NCBI GenBank assembly: GCA_050260375.1
Contig: JBLNCA010000006.1
Location: 20,559-84,558 of the forward strand
Length of the DNA stretch: 64,000 nucleotides
Source: Burkholderiales bacterium
GTDB lineage: Bacteria; Bacillota; Clostridia; Christensenellales; SZUA-584
Reading direction: 5' to 3'
A model generated the notes under the pieces. It ran no database searches. It worked only from the letters and a program-made list of their open reading frames with translations, and was not told the DNA's origin. Shown in pieces: positions 38,137 to 46,359 of this stretch. Both the position numbers and the translations under genes were made by a program. Numbering within the stretch: the first letter of the stretch is position 1; each line of letters opens with the position of its first letter.

Positions 38137-38901
38137 ATGGCGAGAAATGTTGTTATTACTGGCGCGGCAAGCGGGATCGGCAAGGCCACGGTAAAAGCTT
38201 TTGTGTCGCTGGGCGACAGGGTGTTTATGACGGACTGGAAAGAAGAAACGCTCGAAGCAGCCTATGCCGAAATGCTGCCGCTGGCACAGGACGGTATGCT
38301 TCATAAAATTGCGGCCAATGTGGTCGTTTCGGAAGAAGTGGCCGGCATTGAGGCGTTGGTCAGCAAATTCGGCGGCTGTGACGTGCTGGTGAACTGTGCG
38401 GCGGTTTTCAGAGTCGGGTTGCTGCACAATGCTCCGATGGACGATTATGATTTTCAGTTTGATATCAACGTACGCGGTATTTTCAATACCTGCAAAGCTC
38501 TCATACCTCATATGCTTAAGAAGCAGAAAGGCGCGGTAGTCAACATATCGTCCGTTTCGGGAATGGGCGGCGATTATAATATGTCGCTCTATTGCGCCAC
38601 AAAGGGAGCAGTCATTGCGATGTCCCGCGCAATGGCGATGGACTATTCAGCGCAGGGCGTCCGTGTCAATATCGTGTCGCCGTCCGCCGTCAAAACCCCG
38701 ATGTTCCTGACCGGATGCTCGGAGGCGGTGCTGGAGAGCTTCAGAAAGAATATGCCGGACAAGAAGCTGTGCGAACCCGAGTGGTGCGCCAACGTGATCG
38801 TCTATCTGGCTTCGGATAACGCCGAGCACCTCTGCGGCGTCAACATCCCCGTAGACGGCGGGCTGACGGCTTGGAACGGCCAGCCCAATCAGGAGAAGTG
38901 A
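38137..38901 (+). CDS. Short-chain dehydrogenase/reductase (SDR)
   Basis: TGAASGIG, LVNCAA, YCATK and VDGG motifs. Confidence 0.93.
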   Translation: MARNVVITGAASGIGKATVKAFVSLGDRVFMTDWKEETLEAAYAEMLPLAQDGMLHKIAANVVVSEEVAGIEALVSKFGGCDVLVNCAAVFRVGLLHNAPMDDYDFQFDINVRGIFNTCKALIPHMLKKQKGAVVNISSVSGMGGDYNMSLYCATKGAVIAMSRAMAMDYSAQGVRVNIVSPSAVKTPMFLTGCSEAVLESFRKNMPDKKLCEPEWCANVIVYLASDNAEHLCGVNIPVDGGLTAWNGQPNQEK

Positions 38902-39183
38902 GGCGCAATCACATCATAACAACCATATAATATGGCGCGGAAGGCCGGACTTAAAGTACTTCAACAGGGGAGCCATTTGCAAGGCTCCCTTTAACATACC
39001 CGTTATTGCCCGTTGCCTGCTTACGGTGGTTAGCAATACACGACAAGAGCAAAGCGAACTTTGAAATCTTAATACAAGGCCCCCCGCAAAGCCTGAAGCT
39101 TTGTGGGGAGAAGGAGGAGCAAGGAAGCGTGCGGATGTTTTGCTTAAAAAGCAAAACGGAGCAAAGCGAACTTTGCTCCGACG

Positions 39184-39270
39184 TGGTGCGAGAAACAGGA
39201 CTTGAACCTGCACGGGTTTGACCCCACTAGAACCTGAATCTAGCGCGTCTGCCAGTTCCGCCATTCTCGC
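39184..39270 (-). tRNA. tRNA-Leu (CAG)
   Basis: Reverse complement GCGAGAATGGCGGAACTGG...CTAGA-TTCAGGT-TCTAG...GTTCAAGTCC...CACCA, with long variable arm. Confidence 0.95.
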
Positions 39271-39285
39271 ACGGCTTGCTAAATA

Positions 39286-39370
39286 TGGTGGAGGGAGGTG
39301 GATTCGAACCACCGAAGTCATTGACAACAGATTTACAGTCTGCTCCCTTTGGCCGCTCGGGAATCCCTCC
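39286..39370 (-). tRNA. tRNA-Tyr (GTA)
   Basis: GGAGGGATTCCCGAGCGG...CTGTAAA...GTTCGAATCC...ACCA. Confidence 0.95.
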
Positions 39371-39373
39371 ATA

Positions 39374-39449
39374 TGGAGCTGATGATGGGACTCGAACCCG
39401 CAACCTGCTGATTACAAATCAGCTGCTCTACCGGTTGAGCTACATCAGC
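39374..39449 (-). tRNA. tRNA-Thr (TGT)
   Basis: GCTGATGTAGCTC...GCTGA-TTTGTAA-TCAGC...TCCA. Confidence 0.95.
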
Positions 39450-39504
39450 ATTTTATCACCTCGAAGCAGACGCAGGGGCTTAAAAGGTGATATATCGAAA
39501 AAAA

Positions 39505-39580
39505 TGGTGCCTCAGGACAGAATCGAACTGTCGACACAGGGATTTTCAGTCCCTTGCTCTACCAACTGAGCTACCGAGGC
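39505..39580 (-). tRNA. tRNA-Phe (GAA)
   Basis: GCCTCGGTAGCTCAG...CTGAAAA...GTTCGATTC...ACCA. Confidence 0.95.
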
Positions 39581-39620
39581 AAGTTGTACCCCAAACAACT
39601 ATTGATCGTTTGGGGTATGC

Positions 39621-39697
39621 TGGCGACCCGGAACGGGCTCGAACCGTCGACCTCTAGCGTGACAGGCTAGCGTTCTAACCAACTGAACTACCGGGCC
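39621..39697 (-). tRNA. tRNA-Asp (GTC)
   Basis: GGCCCGGTAGTTCAG...CTGTCAC...GCCA. Confidence 0.95.
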
Positions 39698-39734
39698 ATT
39701 ATTTGCCCCAAAAGCGTAAGCCCTTGGGGTTAAC

Positions 39735-39811
39735 TGGTGGGGCCTCAGGGACTCGAACCCCGGACCGATCGGTTATGAGCCGACTGCTCTAACCAACTGA
39801 GCTAAGGCCCC
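39735..39811 (-). tRNA. tRNA with CAT anticodon, probably Ile2 (lysidine-modified) rather than Met
   Basis: GGGGCCTTAGCTCAGTTGGTTAGAGCAGTCGG-CTCATAA-CCGAT; paired 1:72 base and no GGG/CCC initiator stem. Confidence 0.85.
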
Positions 39812-39815
39812 AAAA

Positions 39816-39890
39816 TGGTGACCCCTAGGAGAATCGAACTCCTGTTACCGCCGTGAAAGGGCGATGTCTTAACCGCTTGACCAAGGGGCC
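39816..39890 (-). tRNA. tRNA-Glu (TTC)
   Basis: GGCCCCTTGGTCAAGCGG...CTTTCAC...ACCA. Confidence 0.95.
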
Positions 39891-39908
39891 ATTTGTTAAA
39901 CGTGACGC

Positions 39909-39985
39909 TGGTCGGGGTGAAGGGACTTGAACCCCCGGCCCCATGCTCCCAAAGCACGTGCGCTACCAAACTGCGCTACACCCCG
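39909..39985 (-). tRNA. tRNA-Pro (TGG)
   Basis: CGGGGTGTAGCGCAG...TTTGGGA...ACCA. Confidence 0.95.
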
Positions 39986-40007
39986 AGAATTTTACGCGAC
40001 GAACTAT

Positions 40008-40036
40008 AATATACAGTATTTAAACTGCAATGTCAA
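40008..40036 (-). promoter_or_regulatory. SigA promoter of the tRNA operon
   Basis: TTGACA-17 bp-TATATT on the minus strand. Confidence 0.75.
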
Positions 40037-40190
40037 CCCATTTTTGCCGCCCAGATTCCGTTTTTTAATGGTGAAATAAGACTGTATTTTTATGGTGAAA
40101 AAATAAAAATCAGCTTGCCGAAGTTGAATAAATAACGCCCTTTTACTATAATGATTATAACACTGCAAAACGAAAGGTTACATACAACAA

Positions 40191-41552
40191 TTGAACGAGG
40201 CATTGAAAAAACACATAACCGAAAACGGCTTGAAATATTATATCGAGACATACGGCTGCCAGATGAACGACCACGAAAGCGAAAAGCTTTCCGGCGTTCT
40301 TGAATATTTAGGATTCGCTCCGGCGGAGGATAAAACAAGCGCCGACCTTATTATATTCAACACCTGCTGCGTGCGCGAGCATGCCGAGGCAAAGCTGTAC
40401 GGAAACGTAGGCGCGCTGAAAGAGCATAAAGAAAACGTACCCGGCTCGGTTATAGCGGTCTGCGGCTGCATGATGCAGCAGGAAGACGCGGCGGCTAAGC
40501 TGCTTCGGCGTTTCCCGTTTGTAGACATCGCTTTTGGAACAAATCATATACACAAGCTGGAAGACATGCTTTGCAAAGCTATGCTCGGGCGCGGGCGTTC
40601 GGCATATGTCGAACCTGACGAGGAAATAATTGAAGGGCTCGATGTAAAAAGGAACAGCGCGCACAGCGCGTATGTAAACATAATATACGGATGCAACAAC
40701 TTCTGCTCGTACTGCGTAGTGCCGTACGTGCGCGGAAGGGAGCGCAGCCGCAAGCCTGAAGACATATTAAAAGAAATAAGCGGGCTCTGCGATACCGGCG
40801 TAACGGAAGTAACGCTGCTTGGGCAGAACGTGAATTCATACGGCAAGGACCTTGATGTACCCGTAACGTTTACGCGGCTGCTGGAGAGGATAGACGGCGA
40901 AACGGGTATAAAGCGCATAAGGTTTATGACGTCGCACCCTAAGGACTTAACGGACGAGCTTATCGGATGCTACGGGCGACTTAAAAGTCTATGCGAGCAT
41001 ATACACCTGCCGGTGCAGTCGGGCAGCGACCGCATACTGAAGGCTATGAACAGGCGATATACGGCCGCACATTATCTTGAGCTCGTCGACAAACTGCGCT
41101 CGCGAGTGCCCGATATAGCGATAACGACGGACATAATCGTTGGTTTTCCGGGCGAAACGGAAAGCGATTTTGAGGATACTTTGAGGCTCGTGGAAAAAGT
41201 ACGCTATGACGCCGCGTATACTTTTGCGTATTCAATCCGCAAGCTGACGAAAGCCGCGAAGATGCCTGGCCAGATAGAAAAGAGCGTAAAAGAGCAAAGG
41301 CTTTTAAAGCTCAATTCGCTGGTGTCGCAATGCATGCATGAGCGCAACAGCGCTTATCTTGGCAGGGAAGTGGAAGTGCTGGCAGATTCGGCGAGCCGCC
41401 GCAACGAGCGGGAGATTTCCGGCAAAACGCGCACCGCCAAGACCGTAACATTCAGCGGAGACACTTCCGAGATAGGGAAATACGTTACCGTGAAAATAGA
41501 CAGCATAAAGATGCACACGCTGCACGGAGTGCGGGGGGAGGCGACGCTTTGA
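40191..41552 (+). CDS. miaB: tRNA i6A37 methylthiotransferase MiaB
   Basis: TYGCQMN, NTCCVRE and radical SAM CNNFCSYC motifs, TRAM domain; promoter TTGAAT-17-TATAAT at 40124-40152. Confidence 0.96.
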   Translation: MNEALKKHITENGLKYYIETYGCQMNDHESEKLSGVLEYLGFAPAEDKTSADLIIFNTCCVREHAEAKLYGNVGALKEHKENVPGSVIAVCGCMMQQEDAAAKLLRRFPFVDIAFGTNHIHKLEDMLCKAMLGRGRSAYVEPDEEIIEGLDVKRNSAHSAYVNIIYGCNNFCSYCVVPYVRGRERSRKPEDILKEISGLCDTGVTEVTLLGQNVNSYGKDLDVPVTFTRLLERIDGETGIKRIRFMTSHPKDLTDELIGCYGRLKSLCEHIHLPVQSGSDRILKAMNRRYTAAHYLELVDKLRSRVPDIAITTDIIVGFPGETESDFEDTLRLVEKVRYDAAYTFAYSIRKLTKAAKMPGQIEKSVKEQRLLKLNSLVSQCMHERNSAYLGREVEVLADSASRRNEREISGKTRTAKTVTFSGDTSEIGKYVTVKIDSIKMHTLHGVRGEATL

Positions 41553-42862
41553 CGGCAAGGCACAGTCGTAAAAAAGGCCATGTAATATGGCTGCTTGTTG
41601 TGCTGCTCTTTCTGGCCGCGGGCGGAGCGGTATATTTCTATCTGGACAGGGAAGTTAAGTCAAACGAAATAGCGGCTATCGATTCCGCCGAATTCTACGG
41701 AATGACAATGCAAAAGGGCGCGCAGCCCGAGCCGAAAGGTTACCCTTTAGCAGCGGAAACGGGCGAGCAATTAAGCGACAGGGTATACAATACCCCGATG
41801 GGCTTTTCGATAGTCAGCAACTCGGAAAAGTGGACGGGCGAAAAGCTCGTGGATATATACAACGAACTGTTAAACAATAAACACGACGACGAAGTAATGT
41901 ATGTCGGCGAGGTGGAAATATTCCCCGGCGCTTCGGACATGGATTCGGAAAACACGGTCGTTGCGGGAACGCAGACTTCGAAGCAGGAGAATTACCCCGT
42001 GTTCTTCAACATGCCTGGCTTAGTGCCGGATTCGTTGAAGTATACGATAGACCCCAAGGTCAGCATCATTAAGCTTTTTAATATGGACAAATATTCGAGC
42101 GCCGCCGAAGCCGCGAGAACGATTGCCCACGAATACGGCCATCATTACACTATGTTCTATTTCCTTCAGAACAACGAAGCGGCGTTGAATTCGGAATACT
42201 ATAAGCTGAGAAACTTAGGCAACGTAGGCCATGACGTAATATTCGAAAACTGGGATTCGTATATGGAAAACTACGACTGGGACATATATGAGATAGCGGC
42301 GGAAGATTATGTTCAGCTTATGGGCAGCCCGAACGCACGCGTCATAGAGCACTATAAGGACGTAAACGACATACTCGAGACGGGCAAGGACGGCTATAAG
42401 GTCGCGGCGGACGACAGGACCGTCAACCTGTTTCCGCAGAAGAACATATTCATACCGCTCGCGGACGATGTGGCCGGCCTTCGCGATTATTTTTACTCTT
42501 TCATAGGCCTGGAAAACGACTTGCCCGAGCTGCAGCCCGCAGATTTCAACCTTAGGATGAGCAGGCATACCAAGAACGGGTATACGTATTACAACATAAC
42601 GTGGACAAAGACGTCAGTGGATAAAGACGCGCTGTATACGCTTGTATGCTACGATTCGAAAGGGAATGTTTTCTGGCCGGTAAAGACGGTTTACGGGGAC
42701 GAGGAGCCGTTGGCAACGGTGGGCACCGCGTCCACGATAAGGGGAGATTACATATATTCGATGTCCGATGACGTTCCCAAGGAAGACAGGATATTCAAGC
42801 TTTATCTGCTGCTGCCCGACGGGCGCATGCAGGCTTCGGAACCGTTTAACGCCGGCTTTTAA
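41549..42862 (+). CDS. Membrane-anchored putative zinc metallopeptidase of unknown function
   Basis: N-terminal TM segment; AHEYGHH with downstream EIAAEDY. Confidence 0.65.
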   Translation: MTARHSRKKGHVIWLLVVLLFLAAGGAVYFYLDREVKSNEIAAIDSAEFYGMTMQKGAQPEPKGYPLAAETGEQLSDRVYNTPMGFSIVSNSEKWTGEKLVDIYNELLNNKHDDEVMYVGEVEIFPGASDMDSENTVVAGTQTSKQENYPVFFNMPGLVPDSLKYTIDPKVSIIKLFNMDKYSSAAEAARTIAHEYGHHYTMFYFLQNNEAALNSEYYKLRNLGNVGHDVIFENWDSYMENYDWDIYEIAAEDYVQLMGSPNARVIEHYKDVNDILETGKDGYKVAADDRTVNLFPQKNIFIPLADDVAGLRDYFYSFIGLENDLPELQPADFNLRMSRHTKNGYTYYNITWTKTSVDKDALYTLVCYDSKGNVFWPVKTVYGDEEPLATVGTASTIRGDYIYSMSDDVPKEDRIFKLYLLLPDGRMQASEPFNAGF

Positions 42863-43613
42863 CCCCGCGGGCTCTGCGCACCAACACGGCGATCAGTATA
42901 ATAAGGACAATGAGCCCGGCGGCGACGCCGCATATCTTTAAGAGAATGTTGTCCCTGTTTATTGTTTCATGTAGTTTCGCGTATTGCGCGACGTTTTCTT
43001 CGAACACCTGCTTTGAAGCGATTTCTATTTCTTTTGTTTCGTCGTATTTTAGAAGCCACGTGCAGGTTTGGCCGCTTTGCTCATCGGCATTGGTATTCGT
43101 TATCTCGCCGGGCAGCGAAATGGAAAGCCTGTATTCGCCTTTACCGGCGCTCGCGGTAAGCGCCCGCACTTCTGCGGCGGGTATCGAGCGGTCTTCGCTT
43201 TTCCTTATTATATCCTCAAGGGAAACCTTTGCGGTAAAGCTGTAATTGTCCTCGAAATACGAAGGAGTATACTTGAATTCCGCGTCATGGAAAATCGACT
43301 TTTCATCCGTCAGCATCGAGGAAAACTGCGCCGCGGCGGCGCTGCGCGAATCGCATTCGAGCGTCTTGCTGCCGCTTAGCACTAACGTTCCGTCATCCTC
43401 GTTTGAACTTACGGTAAAGCCCATATGCTGCCAGTAGTCTGCAATTGCGCCGGTGTACGCGCTTACGTCCTCGACCGAGGAAATTTGAAGGCTGTAATCA
43501 ACGCTTATAGTATTGTCGTCATTAAGCTGATACGACACGGCGGCGTCGGCGCACGCGCACAGCGTAAGCGCAAGCAGCAATGCGGCAAGCGACAATACCC
43601 ATTTCTTTTTCAT
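42846..43613 (-). CDS. Putative lipoprotein with C-terminal TM helix (LppM/DUF3153-like)
   Basis: Signal peptide ending LCAC, ISLPGEITNTNAD..TCTW motif, C-terminal TM segment and basic tail. Confidence 0.6.
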   Translation of the reverse strand: MKKKWVLSLAALLLALTLCACADAAVSYQLNDDNTISVDYSLQISSVEDVSAYTGAIADYWQHMGFTVSSNEDDGTLVLSGSKTLECDSRSAAAAQFSSMLTDEKSIFHDAEFKYTPSYFEDNYSFTAKVSLEDIIRKSEDRSIPAAEVRALTASAGKGEYRLSISLPGEITNTNADEQSGQTCTWLLKYDETKEIEIASKQVFEENVAQYAKLHETINRDNILLKICGVAAGLIVLIILIAVLVRRARGVKSRR

Positions 43614-43718
43614 CGCAGCTCCTTCTTGGCCGGACTGTTCCGACCTGTTGAAAATTATATTTCAACGCGTTACTTTTTTCAACACATAAGCATTTGTGTG
43701 TTATAATATTACAGATAA

Positions 43719-43760
43719 ACACCCATAAAGCATTACGATCTTTTTTGGGGGACCCCGGTA
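43719..43760 (-). repeat. Copy of the palindromic repeat family between the mutS promoter and RBS
   Basis: acacccataaagcattacgatcttttttgggggaccccggta (reverse orientation). Confidence 0.7.
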
Positions 43761-43773
43761 TTTGGAGGACAGT

Positions 43774-46359
43774 ATGCAGCAGTTAACACCTATGATGAGA
43801 CAATACGTAGAGCTTAAGGAAAAATACAAAGACTGTTTGCTGATGTTTCGTCTTGGGGATTTTTATGAATTGTTTTTCGACGACGCTGTTTGCGCGTCCC
43901 GCGAATTGGAGATAACGCTTACCGGCAGGGACTGCGGCTTGCCCGAGCGAGCGCCCATGTGCGGAGTACCGTACCATTCGGTTCAGGGGTATATAGACAA
44001 GCTTATAAAGAAGGGCTACAAAGTTGCGATATGCGAACAGCTCACCGACCCCGCGCAGTCGCCCGGGCTTGTCGAGCGGGATGTGATAAGGGTTATAACG
44101 CCGGGCACCGTTACCGAGAACACGATGCTAAGCGATACCGACAACAACTACATACTCGCGCTGCATCGCGAAGGCGGCAGCGTCGGGCTCGCTTACGCCG
44201 ACGTTTCCACCGGCGCGTTTTTTGCAGGCGAGTGCGCCGCTGACGAGGAATACTCCGCCGTAATCAACGAGATATCGAGGATACTGCCCAGCGAGATAAT
44301 ATACTGTTCGGACGATAAGGATATAATAGGCAAGCTCGAAAACATTATAAATGAGCAGAGCATATTCATAAGCGAGTATCCCGGGTTCACGTTTGAGCGC
44401 GATACGGCGCTTGAATCGATAATGTCGCACTTTAATGTCACAGGCGTTTCGGGCTACGGCATAAGCGAGCAGAGCCCGGCGGTATGCGCGGCGGGCGCGC
44501 TTATCGACTACTTAAAAGAAACGCAGAAAAACGCGCTATCGCATATAAACAGCATACGCGTGATAGGCTCGAGCGATTTTATGGCGCTCGACGTGTTCAC
44601 GCGCAGTAACCTTGAGCTTACAAGAACGCTGCGCGAAGGCAAGGTTAAGGGTTCGCTTTACGGCACGCTTGACCGCACTAAGACGGCGATGGGGGGGAGG
44701 CTGTTAAAACGCTACATCAACGAGCCGCTTCAGGATATAAACGAGATACAGTTAAGGCTGGACGCCGTCGAGGAGATAAAAGGCGACCTGCGGCTTGCGG
44801 ACAGCATAGGGGAGGCGTTGGACGGCGTATATGACTTAGAAAGGCTTATATCGCGCATTTCATACTCAACGCTGGACGGGCGCAACTGCCTCTCGCTTAA
44901 GAGCTCGCTTGCAAGGCTGCCGCTGCTAAAGGACGCTATAAAAAACTGCAAGTCAACGCTGCTTATGCGCCTTTACTCGGGCCTCGACTGTATGGAGGAT
45001 ATATACGCGCTGCTTGACACCGCAATAGAAGAGGACGCCCCGGCTGGCATAACGGAAGGCGGCATAATAAAGAAGGGCTACAATGCCGAGATAGACGAGC
45101 TAAAAGAAGCCTCAAAGAAGGGAAAGTCATTCATAGCGTCGCTGGAGAGCACGGAGCGCGAAAGCACAGGCATAAAGAACCTGCGCGTAGGCTACAACAA
45201 GGTGTTCGGCTATTACATAGAGGTCACGAAATCGTATCTCGAGCTCGTCCCGTACAGATACATAAGAAAACAGACGCTTGCCAACTGCGAGCGTTTCGTG
45301 ACGCCCGAGCTTAAAGAGATGGAAGAAAAGCTGCTTGGCGCGGAGGAAAAGTGCGTTGCATTAGAGTACGAATGCTTCGTAGAGATAAGAAACAGGCTTT
45401 CGCAAAACATAAGCCGCTTCCAGAACGCCGCGAGGATAGTGGCCGAGCTCGACGTTTTACGCAGCCTGGGCGTAATAGCGTATGAAAACAACTATACAAA
45501 GCCTGTTATGTCGCAGAACGGCAAAATAAGCATATCGGGCGGCAGGCATCCCGTCGTCGAGACGTTTGTCAAGCAGTCGTTCGTAAAAAACGACACGCTG
45601 CTTACCGATGAAGAGAGCATAATGATACTCACAGGCCCAAACATGGCGGGCAAGAGCACGTACATGCGGCAGGTGGCGCTCATTGTGCTTATGGCGCATA
45701 TGGGAAGCTTCGTGCCCGCGGACAGCGCCCATATTTGCATCGTTGACAAGATATTTACGCGCGTGGGCGCTTCGGACAACCTTGCGTCCGGGCAGAGCAC
45801 GTTCATGGTGGAAATGAACGAGGTTGCGAACATACTCAACAACGCGACGCCGAGGAGCCTTCTGATTTTGGACGAGATAGGCAGAGGCACGAGCACGCTT
45901 GACGGGCTGTCTATCGCGTGGTCCGTCGTCGAGTTCATAAGCAAAAACATAAAGGCAAAAACGCTGTTCGCGACGCACTTCCATGAGCTCTCCGAACTGG
46001 AAGGCGTTGTGCCCGGCGTAAGCAATTATTCGATAACGGTGAAGGAAATGGCCGACACCGTAATATTCCTGCACAAGATTGTGCGCGGCGGAACGAATAA
46101 GAGCTTCGGCATAGAAGTCGCAAAGCTCGCCGGCGTACCCGAAGACGTGACGTCTCGGGCTAAGGCCATAATGAAGGCGCTGGTTGAAAAGGACGACAGC
46201 GTACTAGTCGTGCGCCGAAGCCGGCCGGAAAAGGAGTACGGCAGGGACGACCTTATCGCACAGCTTGCAGCCGTCAACCTCGACAACATTACACCGCTCG
46301 ATTCGCTCAAGCTGCTGAGCGAAATAAAGCACAGAATAGGCGGGAAGCGGCATGAATGA
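43774..46359 (+). CDS. mutS: DNA mismatch repair protein MutS
   Basis: TPMMRQY, GDFYELF, TGPNMAGKST, STFMVEM and DEIGRGTST motifs. Confidence 0.98.
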   Translation: MQQLTPMMRQYVELKEKYKDCLLMFRLGDFYELFFDDAVCASRELEITLTGRDCGLPERAPMCGVPYHSVQGYIDKLIKKGYKVAICEQLTDPAQSPGLVERDVIRVITPGTVTENTMLSDTDNNYILALHREGGSVGLAYADVSTGAFFAGECAADEEYSAVINEISRILPSEIIYCSDDKDIIGKLENIINEQSIFISEYPGFTFERDTALESIMSHFNVTGVSGYGISEQSPAVCAAGALIDYLKETQKNALSHINSIRVIGSSDFMALDVFTRSNLELTRTLREGKVKGSLYGTLDRTKTAMGGRLLKRYINEPLQDINEIQLRLDAVEEIKGDLRLADSIGEALDGVYDLERLISRISYSTLDGRNCLSLKSSLARLPLLKDAIKNCKSTLLMRLYSGLDCMEDIYALLDTAIEEDAPAGITEGGIIKKGYNAEIDELKEASKKGKSFIASLESTERESTGIKNLRVGYNKVFGYYIEVTKSYLELVPYRYIRKQTLANCERFVTPELKEMEEKLLGAEEKCVALEYECFVEIRNRLSQNISRFQNAARIVAELDVLRSLGVIAYENNYTKPVMSQNGKISISGGRHPVVETFVKQSFVKNDTLLTDEESIMILTGPNMAGKSTYMRQVALIVLMAHMGSFVPADSAHICIVDKIFTRVGASDNLASGQSTFMVEMNEVANILNNATPRSLLILDEIGRGTSTLDGLSIAWSVVEFISKNIKAKTLFATHFHELSELEGVVPGVSNYSITVKEMADTVIFLHKIVRGGTNKSFGIEVAKLAGVPEDVTSRAKAIMKALVEKDDSVLVVRRSRPEKEYGRDDLIAQLAAVNLDNITPLDSLKLLSEIKHRIGGKRHE

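Noticed and set aside
38045..38989. 13-bp inverted repeat GGGAGCCTTGCAA / TTGCAAGGCTCCC flanking the SDR gene
   Set aside because: Both halves belong to separate terminator-like hairpins; there is no target duplication or transposase, so it is plausibly chance.
23900..39186. attL/attR duplication of the tRNA-Leu 3' end bounding the sugar block
   Set aside because: I could not find a second copy of TGGTGCGAGAAACAGG near the left edge by eye and there is no integrase, so it is not called a mobile element.
38914..39569. ORFs 38914-39372, 38951-39154, 39006-39221 and 39276-39569
   Set aside because: They overlap tRNA genes and hairpins; spurious.
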